Part shown: piece after piece, positions 51,030 to 59,761 of the stretch | Layout of the letters: each line of letters starts with the position of its first letter | Position numbering within the stretch: position 1 is the stretch's first letter | NCBI GenBank assembly: GCA_035288465.1 | Contig: DATEAH010000005.1 | Coordinates: 3,636-67,635, forward strand | Length of the DNA: 64,000 nt | Source of the DNA: Patescibacteria group bacterium | Lineage (GTDB): Bacteria; Patescibacteriota; UBA1384; DATEAH01 | Direction: 5' to 3' | Program-made: the position numbers and the translations under genes | Notes under the pieces: generated by a model | The model's database searches: none | What the model was told of the DNA's origin: nothing | The model's input: the letters and a program-made list of their open reading frames with translations, nothing else

Positions 51030-51697
51030 ACCTATGGCCACTTTTTTTAGCCGGCATTACTGATTCATATAACCCTTGCAGTATTGGCGTTTTACTAATA
51101 TCCTTGACAATTCTTTTCAGTTTAGGTCGGAAAAAATTAATTGCTTTGTTTGGCTTAAGTTATTTGGCGACAATTTTTACCACCTATTTTTTAATCGGCT
51201 TGGGATTGTTGCGCGCTTTTCACCTTTTTGGAATTCATGGCTTTTTCGGATATGCCGCAGGTGTAATTTTAATTGTGGCTGGGTTGATTCATTTGGCGCC
51301 TGGACCAATTAGAAACTTACCCGGGATCCGCTGGATTCTGGGCTGCCACCTTCCCAAAAATATCGAAAAACACCTTGAAAATAGTGTTTTTATTTCTGGA
51401 ATAATTTTAGGTTTTTTGATTGGTTTGTGCACGGTACCATGCGCGGGCGGAATCTATTTAGGCGCGATTGGTTTATTGGCAAGCCGAGTTAGTTATTGGC
51501 GCGGGGTCTTGGGAATCTTTATTTTTAATCTCGGTTTTATTCTGCCATTATTGGCAATATTTTTAGTGGCAAGCCGCAAGTCGGTTTTAGAAAAACTCCA
51601 AAAACTCAATGTTAAACTTAGCTCATATAGTCACTATATTATCCCAATCATAATGATTTTAATGGGAATTATCCTAATTTTAATCGCGAAAAAATAA
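51026..51697 (+). CDS. ccdA: CcdA/DsbD-family thiol-disulfide transmembrane transporter
   Basis: Six predicted TM helices; conserved Cys in TM1 (YNPCSIGV) and TM4 (CTVPCAGG). Confidence 0.7.
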   Translation: MNLWPLFLAGITDSYNPCSIGVLLISLTILFSLGRKKLIALFGLSYLATIFTTYFLIGLGLLRAFHLFGIHGFFGYAAGVILIVAGLIHLAPGPIRNLPGIRWILGCHLPKNIEKHLENSVFISGIILGFLIGLCTVPCAGGIYLGAIGLLASRVSYWRGVLGIFIFNLGFILPLLAIFLVASRKSVLEKLQKLNVKLSSYSHYIIPIIMILMGIILILIAKK

Positions 51698-51727
51698 GTT
51701 TGTCATCACTTAAATAAAGGAGTTAAA

Positions 51728-51862
51728 ATGATGAATGTCAATAATATGATGGGCGTCAACGGCTTTTCAATGATGTTTTTTGGCTGGATTATTTATATAA
51801 TTATCCTGATTGTTTTGGTTTTGGCGATTATCGCCCTCGTAAAATATATTGAGAAAAAATAA
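51728..51862 (+). CDS. Small hydrophobic peptide (44 aa), not in the ORF track
   Basis: AAAGGAG RBS 5-11 nt upstream of ATG; MMNVNNMMGVNGFSMMFFGWIIYIIILIVLVLAIIALVKYIEKK. Confidence 0.4.
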   Translation: MMNVNNMMGVNGFSMMFFGWIIYIIILIVLVLAIIALVKYIEKK

Positions 51863-51863
51863 A

Positions 51864-52805
51864 TTAGATTCCTTTTTGTTTTAAGATTTTGGCATGAATT
51901 GATATGGCGGCTAAGGCACCTTCGCCGCCAGCCACAATCGCTTGGTCTGGACCTTCGTTAACTGGACCTGTGGCATATAAATTTTTAACTGAGGTTTCGA
52001 AAGTTTCAAAATTTACTTTTAAAAATCCGTCCTCATCTCTTTTTGGTTTTAGACCACCTCGAGCTAAAAATCCATCCAAATGGACATAGCCTAATTCGGT
52101 AAATAAAACTTCGGCTTCGACTTTCGTGCCGTCTTTAAGCTGGATTTTTTGCAAATACCCATTTCTACCTTTAAGTTTGGTAATTGGGCTTGAAAATACG
52201 GCAATTTGGTTCTTTTTCGCTTTTTGTACCATTTTCTTGGAAAATTTGGTGGGAACGGCGGGTACGACCGCAAGTTTAGGCGGTTTTTGCATCGAATTAA
52301 TAGCCAAAGCAGTGGTAATAGCTGAGTCGCCATTACCAATCACGGCAATTTTTTTATGGCGGTTTTGATACCAATCACAAGTCAAACAATGAAAAATCGA
52401 GTGGTCATAATACGGATCAAGGCCGGAAATCTCAGGCATTTTGTCAATTAAACCCACTGCCACGACCAAATATTGAGCTTGATATTTTTTGCCAGTATCA
52501 GTAATAACCAAAAATTGGCCTTGGTTATTTTGGCTGACTTTGAGGACTTTTTCTGAAATTCTGGAAATTGGAAATCTGGCCAATTGCTTATCAATTCTGG
52601 CTAAAAAATCTGTGCCTGAGGTTTTTCGCCTATGGCCTAAAAAGTTTTCAATTGTGGTCGCCATTGAAGTGCGGCCATGAACCTTAATGCCGGCATCAAT
52701 TAATATCACCGGATGATTATAACGAGCTAAATAAATAGCCACTGATGAACCGGCAGGTCCAGCACCAATAATAATGGTTTTTTCGCTTGGATTATTTTTT
52801 GCCAT
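51864..52805 (-). CDS. Thioredoxin-reductase-like FAD/NAD(P)-dependent oxidoreductase
   Basis: GAGPAGSSVAIYLA FAD-binding motif; CLTC redox-pair candidate; second Rossmann motif IAVIGNGDSA. Confidence 0.75.
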   Translation of the reverse strand: MAKNNPSEKTIIIGAGPAGSSVAIYLARYNHPVILIDAGIKVHGRTSMATTIENFLGHRRKTSGTDFLARIDKQLARFPISRISEKVLKVSQNNQGQFLVITDTGKKYQAQYLVVAVGLIDKMPEISGLDPYYDHSIFHCLTCDWYQNRHKKIAVIGNGDSAITTALAINSMQKPPKLAVVPAVPTKFSKKMVQKAKKNQIAVFSSPITKLKGRNGYLQKIQLKDGTKVEAEVLFTELGYVHLDGFLARGGLKPKRDEDGFLKVNFETFETSVKNLYATGPVNEGPDQAIVAGGEGALAAISIHAKILKQKGI

Positions 52806-52884
52806 TTTGCCTCCATGTTTTATATTCCTATTATATTATATAATTTTTGGTTTTAAAGAAGAACTGTAAAAATCAACAAAACCA

Positions 52885-52913
52885 TTGACTATAATTTGTT
52901 TTAGTGATATATT
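52885..52913 (+). promoter_or_regulatory. Candidate promoter TTGACT-N17-TATATT for the following gene
   Basis: 52885-52890 TTGACT; 52908-52913 TATATT; supports ATG 52957 as the true start. Confidence 0.4.
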
Positions 52914-52956
52914 TTCTAATGACGCAAACCATCCTGTTGTACGTGGAGTGAAAGTC

Positions 52957-53862
52957 ATGAGCCGTACGGTCTGTCTCTATTCTATTGCGGGCATGCTTAA
53001 GGCAGCCGAAGAATATCTAGGCTTAGGGATTGAGGGGGGAGTCGAACCTGATTGGCAAACAAAAAACGTCGCGCAAAGAAAGTTTATTCGACAATACTAT
53101 AATCCCTGCCGTGCGGAAATTGATAAAATTCCCGAAATTGAATACACCGCCTCCCCGAAAGCCTCGGAGATTAACGAATTTCTGCGGCAACGCGGTTTTA
53201 GCATCTCGATCGATTTTCCAGAAAACCCCATGCACTTTGGGGCGGCTGGAGTTTTGGATGTTTTAGTTGAGTGGAAGATTAAGGGCGAAAAGAAACCAAT
53301 TAGAATGGGAACTAAGGTAATTCCAGATGCGGTCCGCCTACCCAAAGAAGGTGTTGGTTTTGTGAAACTTCTGTCTTTGTCCGAACCTATTGTCCATCTT
53401 GAGACCAAATCGGATGTCCATGTATTTATGTACCAACATCCAGAACATATTGATGGTTTTGAACTTCTGGAAATGGCGTCTGACTTAACTGCCCAATGCC
53501 AATCTACCTTTAACTACCATAGAGATTATGACGGAATTCATTTTCCCATGGTCAATTTGCAGCAGCAAGTTGATTTGAGTTGGCTGCTTGGCATCAACAT
53601 CGACTCTTTAGATGGAGTACCGGTTGATTTGGTCCAAGTTTTGCAAGAGAATAAACTCCGCATCAATGAAATCGGCGCTCGCGCCCAAAGTGCCACTGTC
53701 GGCAAAATGGTTTTTCGGGGAATTGAAATGCCCCTACCCGATTATATCATTGATCAACCCTTCCTGATTTGGTTTGTTCGCGCTGGTCTTTCCATGCCAT
53801 TCTTTGCCGCCTGGGTTTCAGAAGAAGACTGGAAAGAACCGCCAGATATTCACAAAGCGTAA
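52957..53862 (+). CDS. Serpin-like protein (short), GC-richer gene
   Basis: C-terminal region resembles the serpin reactive-centre-loop hinge and s1C/s5B strands: NEIGARAQSATVG (cf. EEGTEAAAATA) and IIDQPFLIWFV (cf. DRPFLFLI). Confidence 0.4.
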   Translation: MSRTVCLYSIAGMLKAAEEYLGLGIEGGVEPDWQTKNVAQRKFIRQYYNPCRAEIDKIPEIEYTASPKASEINEFLRQRGFSISIDFPENPMHFGAAGVLDVLVEWKIKGEKKPIRMGTKVIPDAVRLPKEGVGFVKLLSLSEPIVHLETKSDVHVFMYQHPEHIDGFELLEMASDLTAQCQSTFNYHRDYDGIHFPMVNLQQQVDLSWLLGINIDSLDGVPVDLVQVLQENKLRINEIGARAQSATVGKMVFRGIEMPLPDYIIDQPFLIWFVRAGLSMPFFAAWVSEEDWKEPPDIHKA

Positions 53863-53888
53863 TTATTGGCGAAATCATTATAAATTTT

Positions 53889-53930
53889 CCCTCGTAGGGA
53901 TGCTAACCTCATCGTGCGAGGGCTTTTTTT
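53889..53930 (+). terminator. Rho-independent terminator
   Basis: ccctcg ... cgaggg stem followed by CTTTTTTT. Confidence 0.55.
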
Positions 53931-53997
53931 ATATAAAGAAAATTTAAAAAAGCCGAGGCTCGATTGTGAGCTGCGGCTCAGGAACTAAATTAAATTG

Positions 53998-54456
53998 TTA
54001 GGAGGGGTCTAGTCGATATTGCGGAGGAAGAATAATGTCCAAACCTTCATTTTTGATCGCTTCAATGACTGCCTTAGGTTCAACGCGGCGCCTCAGAGCC
54101 AAGGTGACAATTGCCCGAATACCGGCAGTTTTATTAATTTCCCCAACTTTCACATTTACATCGGCTAACCAGGCGTAATAACGTTCAATAGACGCTTCGT
54201 CAATTTGCGAAAATATTTCCGTATTAACCAGGTCTGTGAGTTCAACCCTGTGTTGTTCAACTTCTGCTTCGATGCAATAGATACAAACAGTGGTGCCGTC
54301 ATCAAAACCCAAATGGGGCTTTTTGTGTTTCAGGCAATAGACTCCGGATTTCTTGGCGCATTCCAAACAAGCAATAGTATTTAAACATCCATCAGGTCGA
54401 TGAAGAGGTAAAATAACAAGCAGATTAGCATCTTTTTCGCATTTCTCGCAGTTCAT
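53998..54456 (-). CDS. Cys-rich hypothetical protein (zinc-ribbon-like N-terminus)
   Basis: MNCEKCEK...CLECAK...CIYC; 152 aa. Confidence 0.5.
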   Translation of the reverse strand: MNCEKCEKDANLLVILPLHRPDGCLNTIACLECAKKSGVYCLKHKKPHLGFDDGTTVCIYCIEAEVEQHRVELTDLVNTEIFSQIDEASIERYYAWLADVNVKVGEINKTAGIRAIVTLALRRRVEPKAVIEAIKNEGLDIILPPQYRLDPS

Positions 54457-54462
54457 GCTCTA

Positions 54463-54993
54463 TCACCTCCGGGTTGGTTCAGTTTGGTGTTTGCGCCACC
54501 ATTTGTCCAATTCGGAAAATTCGTTTTTTTCGGCAATGTATTTGGCCAAATCGACAACCTCATCCGGTAAATCAATTTGCTGAGTTTCTCGCAGCAATTC
54601 CCGTTGAAGATTATACTCAACATCATCGACTATCTCGACGGCAGGTTGCTTAGCAATTGCAAAGACGAGAAAAACTGCCTCAGGCCGAATGACATTTCGG
54701 GCAAAAAGTGCTGCTAATTCATCAGCTAAAATATTAGCCATCGTTCCAACGCAAAACCCATTTTCCATTTCTTGAGTTGGGAGATTCGAAATAGCTTCCA
54801 TTAATTCAAAATCTTCTTCAGTGTCTTGCGAAGTATACCCGACGGCGTTTTCTAAAGCTCTCGCCATTTCAAATTCTTGAATTTCTTCAGGAGTGGCGTC
54901 AGGAATGTCCAAACCGACGGCTTCCAATGCCAAAATAGCTTTCCTAACTCCTTCAGGAAGAAGATCTTCTATCCTCGGACACATGCTGGTCAC
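54463..54993 (-). CDS. Acidic hypothetical protein (176 aa)
   Basis: ORF with own TTGACT-N18-TATAAT promoter upstream (~55005-55035, minus strand). Confidence 0.5.
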   Translation of the reverse strand: MTSMCPRIEDLLPEGVRKAILALEAVGLDIPDATPEEIQEFEMARALENAVGYTSQDTEEDFELMEAISNLPTQEMENGFCVGTMANILADELAALFARNVIRPEAVFLVFAIAKQPAVEIVDDVEYNLQRELLRETQQIDLPDEVVDLAKYIAEKNEFSELDKWWRKHQTEPTRR

Positions 54994-55226
54994 CTCGTTT
55001 CGGGATCTATGATTAATAAAATTATACCATTAATCTCCTGAAATAGTCAAGATTTTTTATTTTTTTGTGAGGGTAATGAATATTATTTATTAAATTTGTG
55101 GATAATTGCTACTTGACAAATATATAGTGATTTGCTCTACTCGAGTAGAGATCGGGTGGGTTGCCGATTGTTTGGCGCTTCACCTTTGGTGGAGGCAAGG
55201 CCAGCTTTAAGCAATCCCCGATTTAT

Positions 55227-55277
55227 AAAATCCTCGGCCGCAGGTTTCGCCCTGCAACTTGGCGGAGGATTTTTTTA
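55227..55277. terminator. Strong GC-rich hairpin flanked by T-runs on both strands; terminator of the DUF433/DUF5615 operon
   Basis: aatcctcggccGCAGGtttcgcCCTGCaacttggcggaggatt followed by TTTTTTTATTTT (+); minus strand followed by TTTTATAAAT. Abuts the stop codon at 55275-77. Confidence 0.55.
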
Positions 55278-55664
55278 TTTTGGTTTTATATAATTAATTT
55301 TATCAATTGAAACACGACAAATTTTACCTTTTAATTTATTAATAGAAATAGCTTTGAGGTGACGTTTTAAGATGGTAATTAATTTAGTAGAACGCGGATC
55401 ACTACTTTGGATAAGAATAATGCCCATACTCTTGCTAATTATTTCAGATAAATTTTTATTTGCTTTGAAATCCTTATCCAGAGAGACAAAAATTCTTTGA
55501 TGTTTATTAGCTTCTTTAATTTGAGCAAAATCACTTAATTTTCTTGGCTTTCTTTTTATGGGAGTATAGATTATATTATGTCCCTTCGAACTTAAAAACT
55601 TCCCCGTTGGAATGGGGAAGTTTTCGTCGCAGTAAAAATGAAATTTAGGCATTCTTGGGTTCAA
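55275..55664 (-). CDS. DUF5615-family PIN-like toxin
   Basis: MPKFHFYCDENFP...GHNII...SDF...RIFVSLDKDF matches the DUF5615 pattern (FLxDENxP...GHxV...D...R.xxTxDKDF). Confidence 0.7.
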   Translation of the reverse strand: MNPRMPKFHFYCDENFPIPTGKFLSSKGHNIIYTPIKRKPRKLSDFAQIKEANKHQRIFVSLDKDFKANKNLSEIISKSMGIILIQSSDPRSTKLITILKRHLKAISINKLKGKICRVSIDKINYIKPK

Positions 55665-55872
55665 GCTTTATCCTTTCCCTTATTGCCCGCTTTTCAATAT
55701 AATTTAAGGCTGATATAATTTGTTCTTTAGTCAAATGAGGATAATCTTTTTGTATCTCTTTAATTCCATAACCCATAACAATATAATCTGCAATTACATC
55801 AACTGATATTCTTGTATTTGAAATTCTTTTTTTGCCACTTAAAACCTGTTTTGTAGAAATTATTCGAGTCAT
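55645..55872 (-). CDS. DUF433-family antitoxin
   Basis: LSGKKRISNTRISVDVIADYIVMGYGIKEIQKDYPHLTKEQIISALNYIEKRA; overlaps the downstream DUF5615 gene by 20 nt. Confidence 0.7.
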   Translation of the reverse strand: MTRIISTKQVLSGKKRISNTRISVDVIADYIVMGYGIKEIQKDYPHLTKEQIISALNYIEKRAIRERIKLEPKNA

Positions 55873-56020
55873 TTTTTCCTCCAGTTTTATACCATATTCA
55901 TCTTAATTATATTATTTGCAATCGTATCTGTCAAATTAACACTTTTTAATATAAATGCTAGCCTTTAACAGATAAATTTAATTTTAAAAATACATAACAC
56001 GAATTCTAAAATCCCAGCCA

Positions 56021-56880
56021 GAGGTGGGGGACGAGGTGGGGGACGGTTCTCTTTGAGCGAGGTGGGGGACGGTTCTCTTTTAAATAGACTTTTTGGCTTT
56101 TCTTACTAGCTTCCTCCATCTTTCTTTAGTTTTCGGTTTATCTTTTGCCTTTCCAAATATCTCTGATTATCACTTCCCCAGATATCTTTATTATACGATT
56201 CTTTAATTATTTGATCTACCATCAGCCGTTGATAGTTTGTTTGGCGCTCTTTTGAATTATCTCCTAATGCCCTGCAAAAGAAATCATCAGTTAAAAGTTT
56301 GTCTTTTTGACCTTGAGCATAATGGTTGTAGCTTGAAAAACGATATTTTTCAGGGCTCTTTACAAGTCTAGCCCTTACTGGATTTAATTCAATATATTTC
56401 CCGCATTGGATGAAGTACTCATCTTTTCCTATCGGTTGGCTCTTGAATCTACCTTGCCAAAAGTGTCCTGTCCAGCCATATCTTTTTTTAAAATAATGAA
56501 AGTATGCAAGGTTGAGTTTTTTCATAAAGATAGAGAAATCAGGAGCTTTTTTGGTTTGAATCAAGAAATGGACATGGTTTGGCATTAAACAATAATGATA
56601 AATATCAAACAAATGTTCTTTTTTGTACTTATTGATTAAATCTAAAAAATGGAGATAATCTTCCTTTGTTTTAAAAACAACATTTCGATTATTACCTCTT
56701 GTTATGATGTGGTAATAAGATTGAGATAAAATAAAACGAGGTGGTCTTGGCATAATTTAATGATAACATATATCAGCCAAAACGCCTAATTTCCTGTTCA
56801 TTTGAGAACCGTCCCCCAATCCAATCCGTTTTTTATGGACTACCAAGCTATCTGACCCCGCTCACGCGGGGTTTTCTTTT
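56021..56880. mobile_element. RAYT / IS200-like tyrosine-transposase element with REP-like terminal repeats
   Basis: HUH/Y1 transposase gene flanked by GAGGTGGGGGACGGTTCTCTTT (x2 plus a partial copy, 56021-56080) and an inverted copy GAGAACCGTCCCCCAA (56804-56819), plus a GC hairpin ccccgc..gcgggg (56856-56871). Confidence 0.6.
56106..56753 (-). CDS. REP-associated tyrosine transposase (RAYT) / IS200-like HUH transposase
   Basis: MPRPPRFILSQSYYHIITRGNNRNVVF (typical RAYT N-terminus); HUH motif MPNHVHFLI; candidate catalytic Tyr in RFSSYNHY. Confidence 0.8.
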   Translation of the reverse strand: MPRPPRFILSQSYYHIITRGNNRNVVFKTKEDYLHFLDLINKYKKEHLFDIYHYCLMPNHVHFLIQTKKAPDFSIFMKKLNLAYFHYFKKRYGWTGHFWQGRFKSQPIGKDEYFIQCGKYIELNPVRARLVKSPEKYRFSSYNHYAQGQKDKLLTDDFFCRALGDNSKERQTNYQRLMVDQIIKESYNKDIWGSDNQRYLERQKINRKLKKDGGS

Positions 56881-56946
56881 TATCTTATTTTACCAGATTT
56901 CCAGATATTTTATCTAAAAACTAAAGATAGTTTATTCAATTAAACT

Positions 56947-56976
56947 TTGACAAATTAAAAATTAGGTTTATAATAT
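56947..56976 (+). promoter_or_regulatory. Promoter TTGACA-N18-TAATAT
   Basis: 56947-52 TTGACA; 56971-76 TAATAT; GAGGAG RBS before ATG 57009. Confidence 0.45.
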
Positions 56977-57008
56977 AAATAACCCCGAAACGCGAGGAGT
57001 GGTGTAAG

Positions 57009-57497
57009 ATGTCGGCAAAGAGAGTTGTCGGTTTTGTGACTATTATGCTGCTTTCTCTGATTTTGACCCAAGTCGCCATTGCTGGCCCCAAGGGTCGGCG
57101 TAACACTGCCGCTATTCTTGGCGGTCTCACCGTTTATCACGCCCTCAAAGGGCACGACAATGAAGCATTAACTTTTGGACTGGCTACTATTGTTGCCAAC
57201 GAACGATATCGAGATTCGCGAGAGCAAGATTACTCATATGGCAGGCACAGACCGCGTCCCCATCCCTATTCTTATGGTGGTGGCTATGATAGTTACTACC
57301 GTCAGCCTTCATACTATTACCCTTCATCTTATGATTACACGCCTCGTTACTATGCGCCTTGTTATGAACCTCGCTATCGGCGGGTTGATGAATCTTATTA
57401 CGGGCCGCGTCGGTCTTTATTGGAGCGATACGAAGAACGCCCAATCATTATTATTATTGAAGCCGCTCCTGCCAATAACAGATATTACGGCCGGTGA
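57009..57497 (+). CDS. Secreted Tyr/Arg/Pro-rich low-complexity protein
   Basis: Signal peptide VGFVTIMLLSLILTQVAIAG; YSYGRHRPRPHPYSYGGGYDSYYRQPSYYYPSSYDYTPRYY...; GC-rich codons. Confidence 0.55.
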   Translation: MSAKRVVGFVTIMLLSLILTQVAIAGPKGRRNTAAILGGLTVYHALKGHDNEALTFGLATIVANERYRDSREQDYSYGRHRPRPHPYSYGGGYDSYYRQPSYYYPSSYDYTPRYYAPCYEPRYRRVDESYYGPRRSLLERYEERPIIIIIEAAPANNRYYGR

Positions 57498-57683
57498 GAA
57501 TCTTCATCTTTATGCCAAACCAGGCACATCCTCCATAGGAATTTGCCTGGCTTTTTTTATTGAAAAAATTTATTTAATTTTAAGAATCAATGTTCACGAA
57601 TTCCAAAATCCACTTTTTGAGAAATTTATTATTTCACTTCTAAAATCTGTACACCCTCGGAATATTCAAGTTTTTCGGAAGCC

Positions 57684-57986
57684 TTAAAAATTCCATGTGT
57701 CTCTATTTAAAACCTCGTGTTTTTTACAGAGTAATTTAAGGTCAGTTTCAAGCTCGACGATTTTATTTTTTTGTATTTCAATTTCATCTTTAACTGCTAA
57801 TACAATATATTTTTGAGTTTCCGCCAGCTCATCATTTTTCTCCTCAAGCTCGACCAATATCCTTTCTTCAACTTTAAATTGATTTTCCAAATTTTCCAAC
57901 TCGTCTTTTTCTTTTTCCAAATCTTCGCGAAAACAATTAGCTTGCTTTTTTACATTTTCAAGTATTTCTTTCGATGCCAAAATCAT
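57684..57986 (-). CDS. Coiled-coil hypothetical protein (100 aa)
   Basis: Heptad-like Glu/Lys-rich sequence. Confidence 0.45.
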   Translation of the reverse strand: MILASKEILENVKKQANCFREDLEKEKDELENLENQFKVEERILVELEEKNDELAETQKYIVLAVKDEIEIQKNKIVELETDLKLLCKKHEVLNRDTWNF

Positions 57987-58267
57987 TTTTATTCTCCTTG
58001 TTCAATTAAATCTTCGACTTTGGATTTGGCTTGTTCGAGTAATTCTTTGGATTTTTGACGCGCTATAATTCTTCGATTCTAATGAACTTTAAATTTTCCT
58101 TTTCCACCGGCATCGTGTCGCCATTTTCAAGACAAATATCAAATAAATAGGTTTTAGGATTCGCCCAATTTTCCATTTCTACTAACCCGTCCCCGTACTT
58201 ACTTTTGACTTTTACACCCATCATCTCAACCCTCCTCTTTAATTAAACTTTCAACTTTTATTTTTAT

Positions 58268-58740
58268 TTATATTCCTTTTATTGTATTTTTATTGCAAAG
58301 ATTCATTAAATCACTCCTAATATATTCATCGCGCCAGTCAGTTAGTTTTATTGGCTTGAATGGCAATTCCTTTTTAAGAATTTTCATTGCATAAACTATT
58401 AAACTTTTATTACCATTTCTAATAAATATTCCTTTATTCGTATCTTCTCTTACACAAGCTTCGATTCCATTACAAATATTATTCTGTTTATTTTTAAATT
58501 CTTTAATAGTAAATTTTTTATATAATTTTTTAATTTTACAAACAATACAATTATCGGTTCCCCAATTAAAATTATTATTAAAAAATTTTGCCGTATCTTG
58601 AATATTTTGAACCCTATAATCTTTACCTGTTTTTTCTTTAATAGTTTTTTAATATTATTCCAATTACAATCGTCGTCCGAATTTAATTCATAATAAACTA
58701 TTGCATTATAGAAATCACTTAATTTCTTAATTTTATTCAA
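58268..58740 (-). pseudogene. Hypothetical gene disrupted by a -1/+1 frameshift in an A-run (or sequencing indel)
   Basis: Frame 1 is protein-like only to ...IKKLLK, then low-complexity. An alternative frame from the A-run (~58625-58641) gives a protein-like 120-aa continuation ...TGKDYRVQNIQDTAKFFNNNFNWGTDNCIVCKIKKLYKKF... Confidence 0.35.
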
Positions 58741-58810
58741 TTATTTTTTAACTCCCAAATATTTTGCCGTGAGTAAAATCTAATGAGAACTATCCACATC
58801 AAATAGTTAA

Positions 58811-59263
58811 TTATTCTGACACAATTTTATATACTTTCTCGCATGCCGAAATTAATTTTGATGAATATTCTTGATTTAAAAATGTTGCTTCATGTACAAA
58901 TAAATTTCTATACTTTACTGACATTTTAAAAAAATCCCAATCTATCCCCAATTCATTTTTAATATTCACATGTTTAATCCCGAAAACCAGATTGACTAAT
59001 CGGATTACTTTTGTATTACGATATTTTTCATATTTTTCTTCTACAGTTAATGAATTATCATCAGAATGGATAATAATACTTCGAGAAACTGCCTCAATCA
59101 AAGAACATAATAATGCCACATCTTTTATCCCAACATCAAAATATTGATAAAGTTGATTAGCTATATTAATTCGTGATTTTGATGGTACAGAATAATATTT
59201 TCTTCGTAATTCAATAACATGACGTTGCATTTCCATCAAAAGCTGTTGGTCATCATTACTCAT
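58811..59263 (-). CDS. Hypothetical protein with HEPN-like Rx4H motif (RNLFVHE)
   Basis: 150 aa, helical; R-x4-H near the C-terminal third. Weak assignment. Confidence 0.4.
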   Translation of the reverse strand: MSNDDQQLLMEMQRHVIELRRKYYSVPSKSRINIANQLYQYFDVGIKDVALLCSLIEAVSRSIIIHSDDNSLTVEEKYEKYRNTKVIRLVNLVFGIKHVNIKNELGIDWDFFKMSVKYRNLFVHEATFLNQEYSSKLISACEKVYKIVSE

Positions 59264-59290
59264 TTTTGATTTCCTTATTAAATTTTCTCA

Positions 59291-59761
59291 CTAATTTTTG
59301 TTTAATTTTTCCATTACATCAACAGCATGGCCAATTGTAATTTTTTTATCCCGGATATTTATATCAACGATATATTCTCCAATGGGATCTCCTGCAGTAC
59401 TCTTCATTAAACAAACAAGATAGGCAAAACTATTCTTATCCAATTTTGATATAAGCCAACAAGATTCAAAATAATTGCAATCTATTTTTTTAGATAGCGA
59501 AGGAATTAATATTTGACCATTTTTATCAGAAAAAATTATTAACCCATATCCCTCGGCATAATGTTTTCCCTTTTTGGTTTTTTTATTTATTGCATCAATT
59601 ATTGCCATTTCAAGATCACCTTGAATAAATCTAGGTATAAAAACTTGTTCAAATGCAATACCAACCGGGATATTATTTTTATCGAATCCAATAATATTTC
59701 CATCTCGACCGTCGGGATCTGATGAAGGTACAACTAACACCGGAGATATAATGACCCACAC
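59291..59761 (-). CDS. Hypothetical protein; N-terminus may be supplied by the overlapping ORF 59679..59939 (frameshift near 59755-59775)
   Basis: Both ORFs look protein-like only in their non-overlapping parts. Confidence 0.35.
   Translation of the reverse strand: MWVIISPVLVVPSSDPDGRDGNIIGFDKNNIPVGIAFEQVFIPRFIQGDLEMAIIDAINKKTKKGKHYAEGYGLIIFSDKNGQILIPSLSKKIDCNYFESCWLISKLDKNSFAYLVCLMKSTAGDPIGEYIVDINIRDKKITIGHAVDVMEKLNKN

Noticed and set aside
56021-56080. Tandem GAGGTGGGGGACG repeats that could be mistaken for a CRISPR array
   Set aside because: Only three copies, directly abutting with no regular spacers. An inverted copy flanks the other side of a RAYT transposase gene, so they are REP/terminal repeats of a mobile element.
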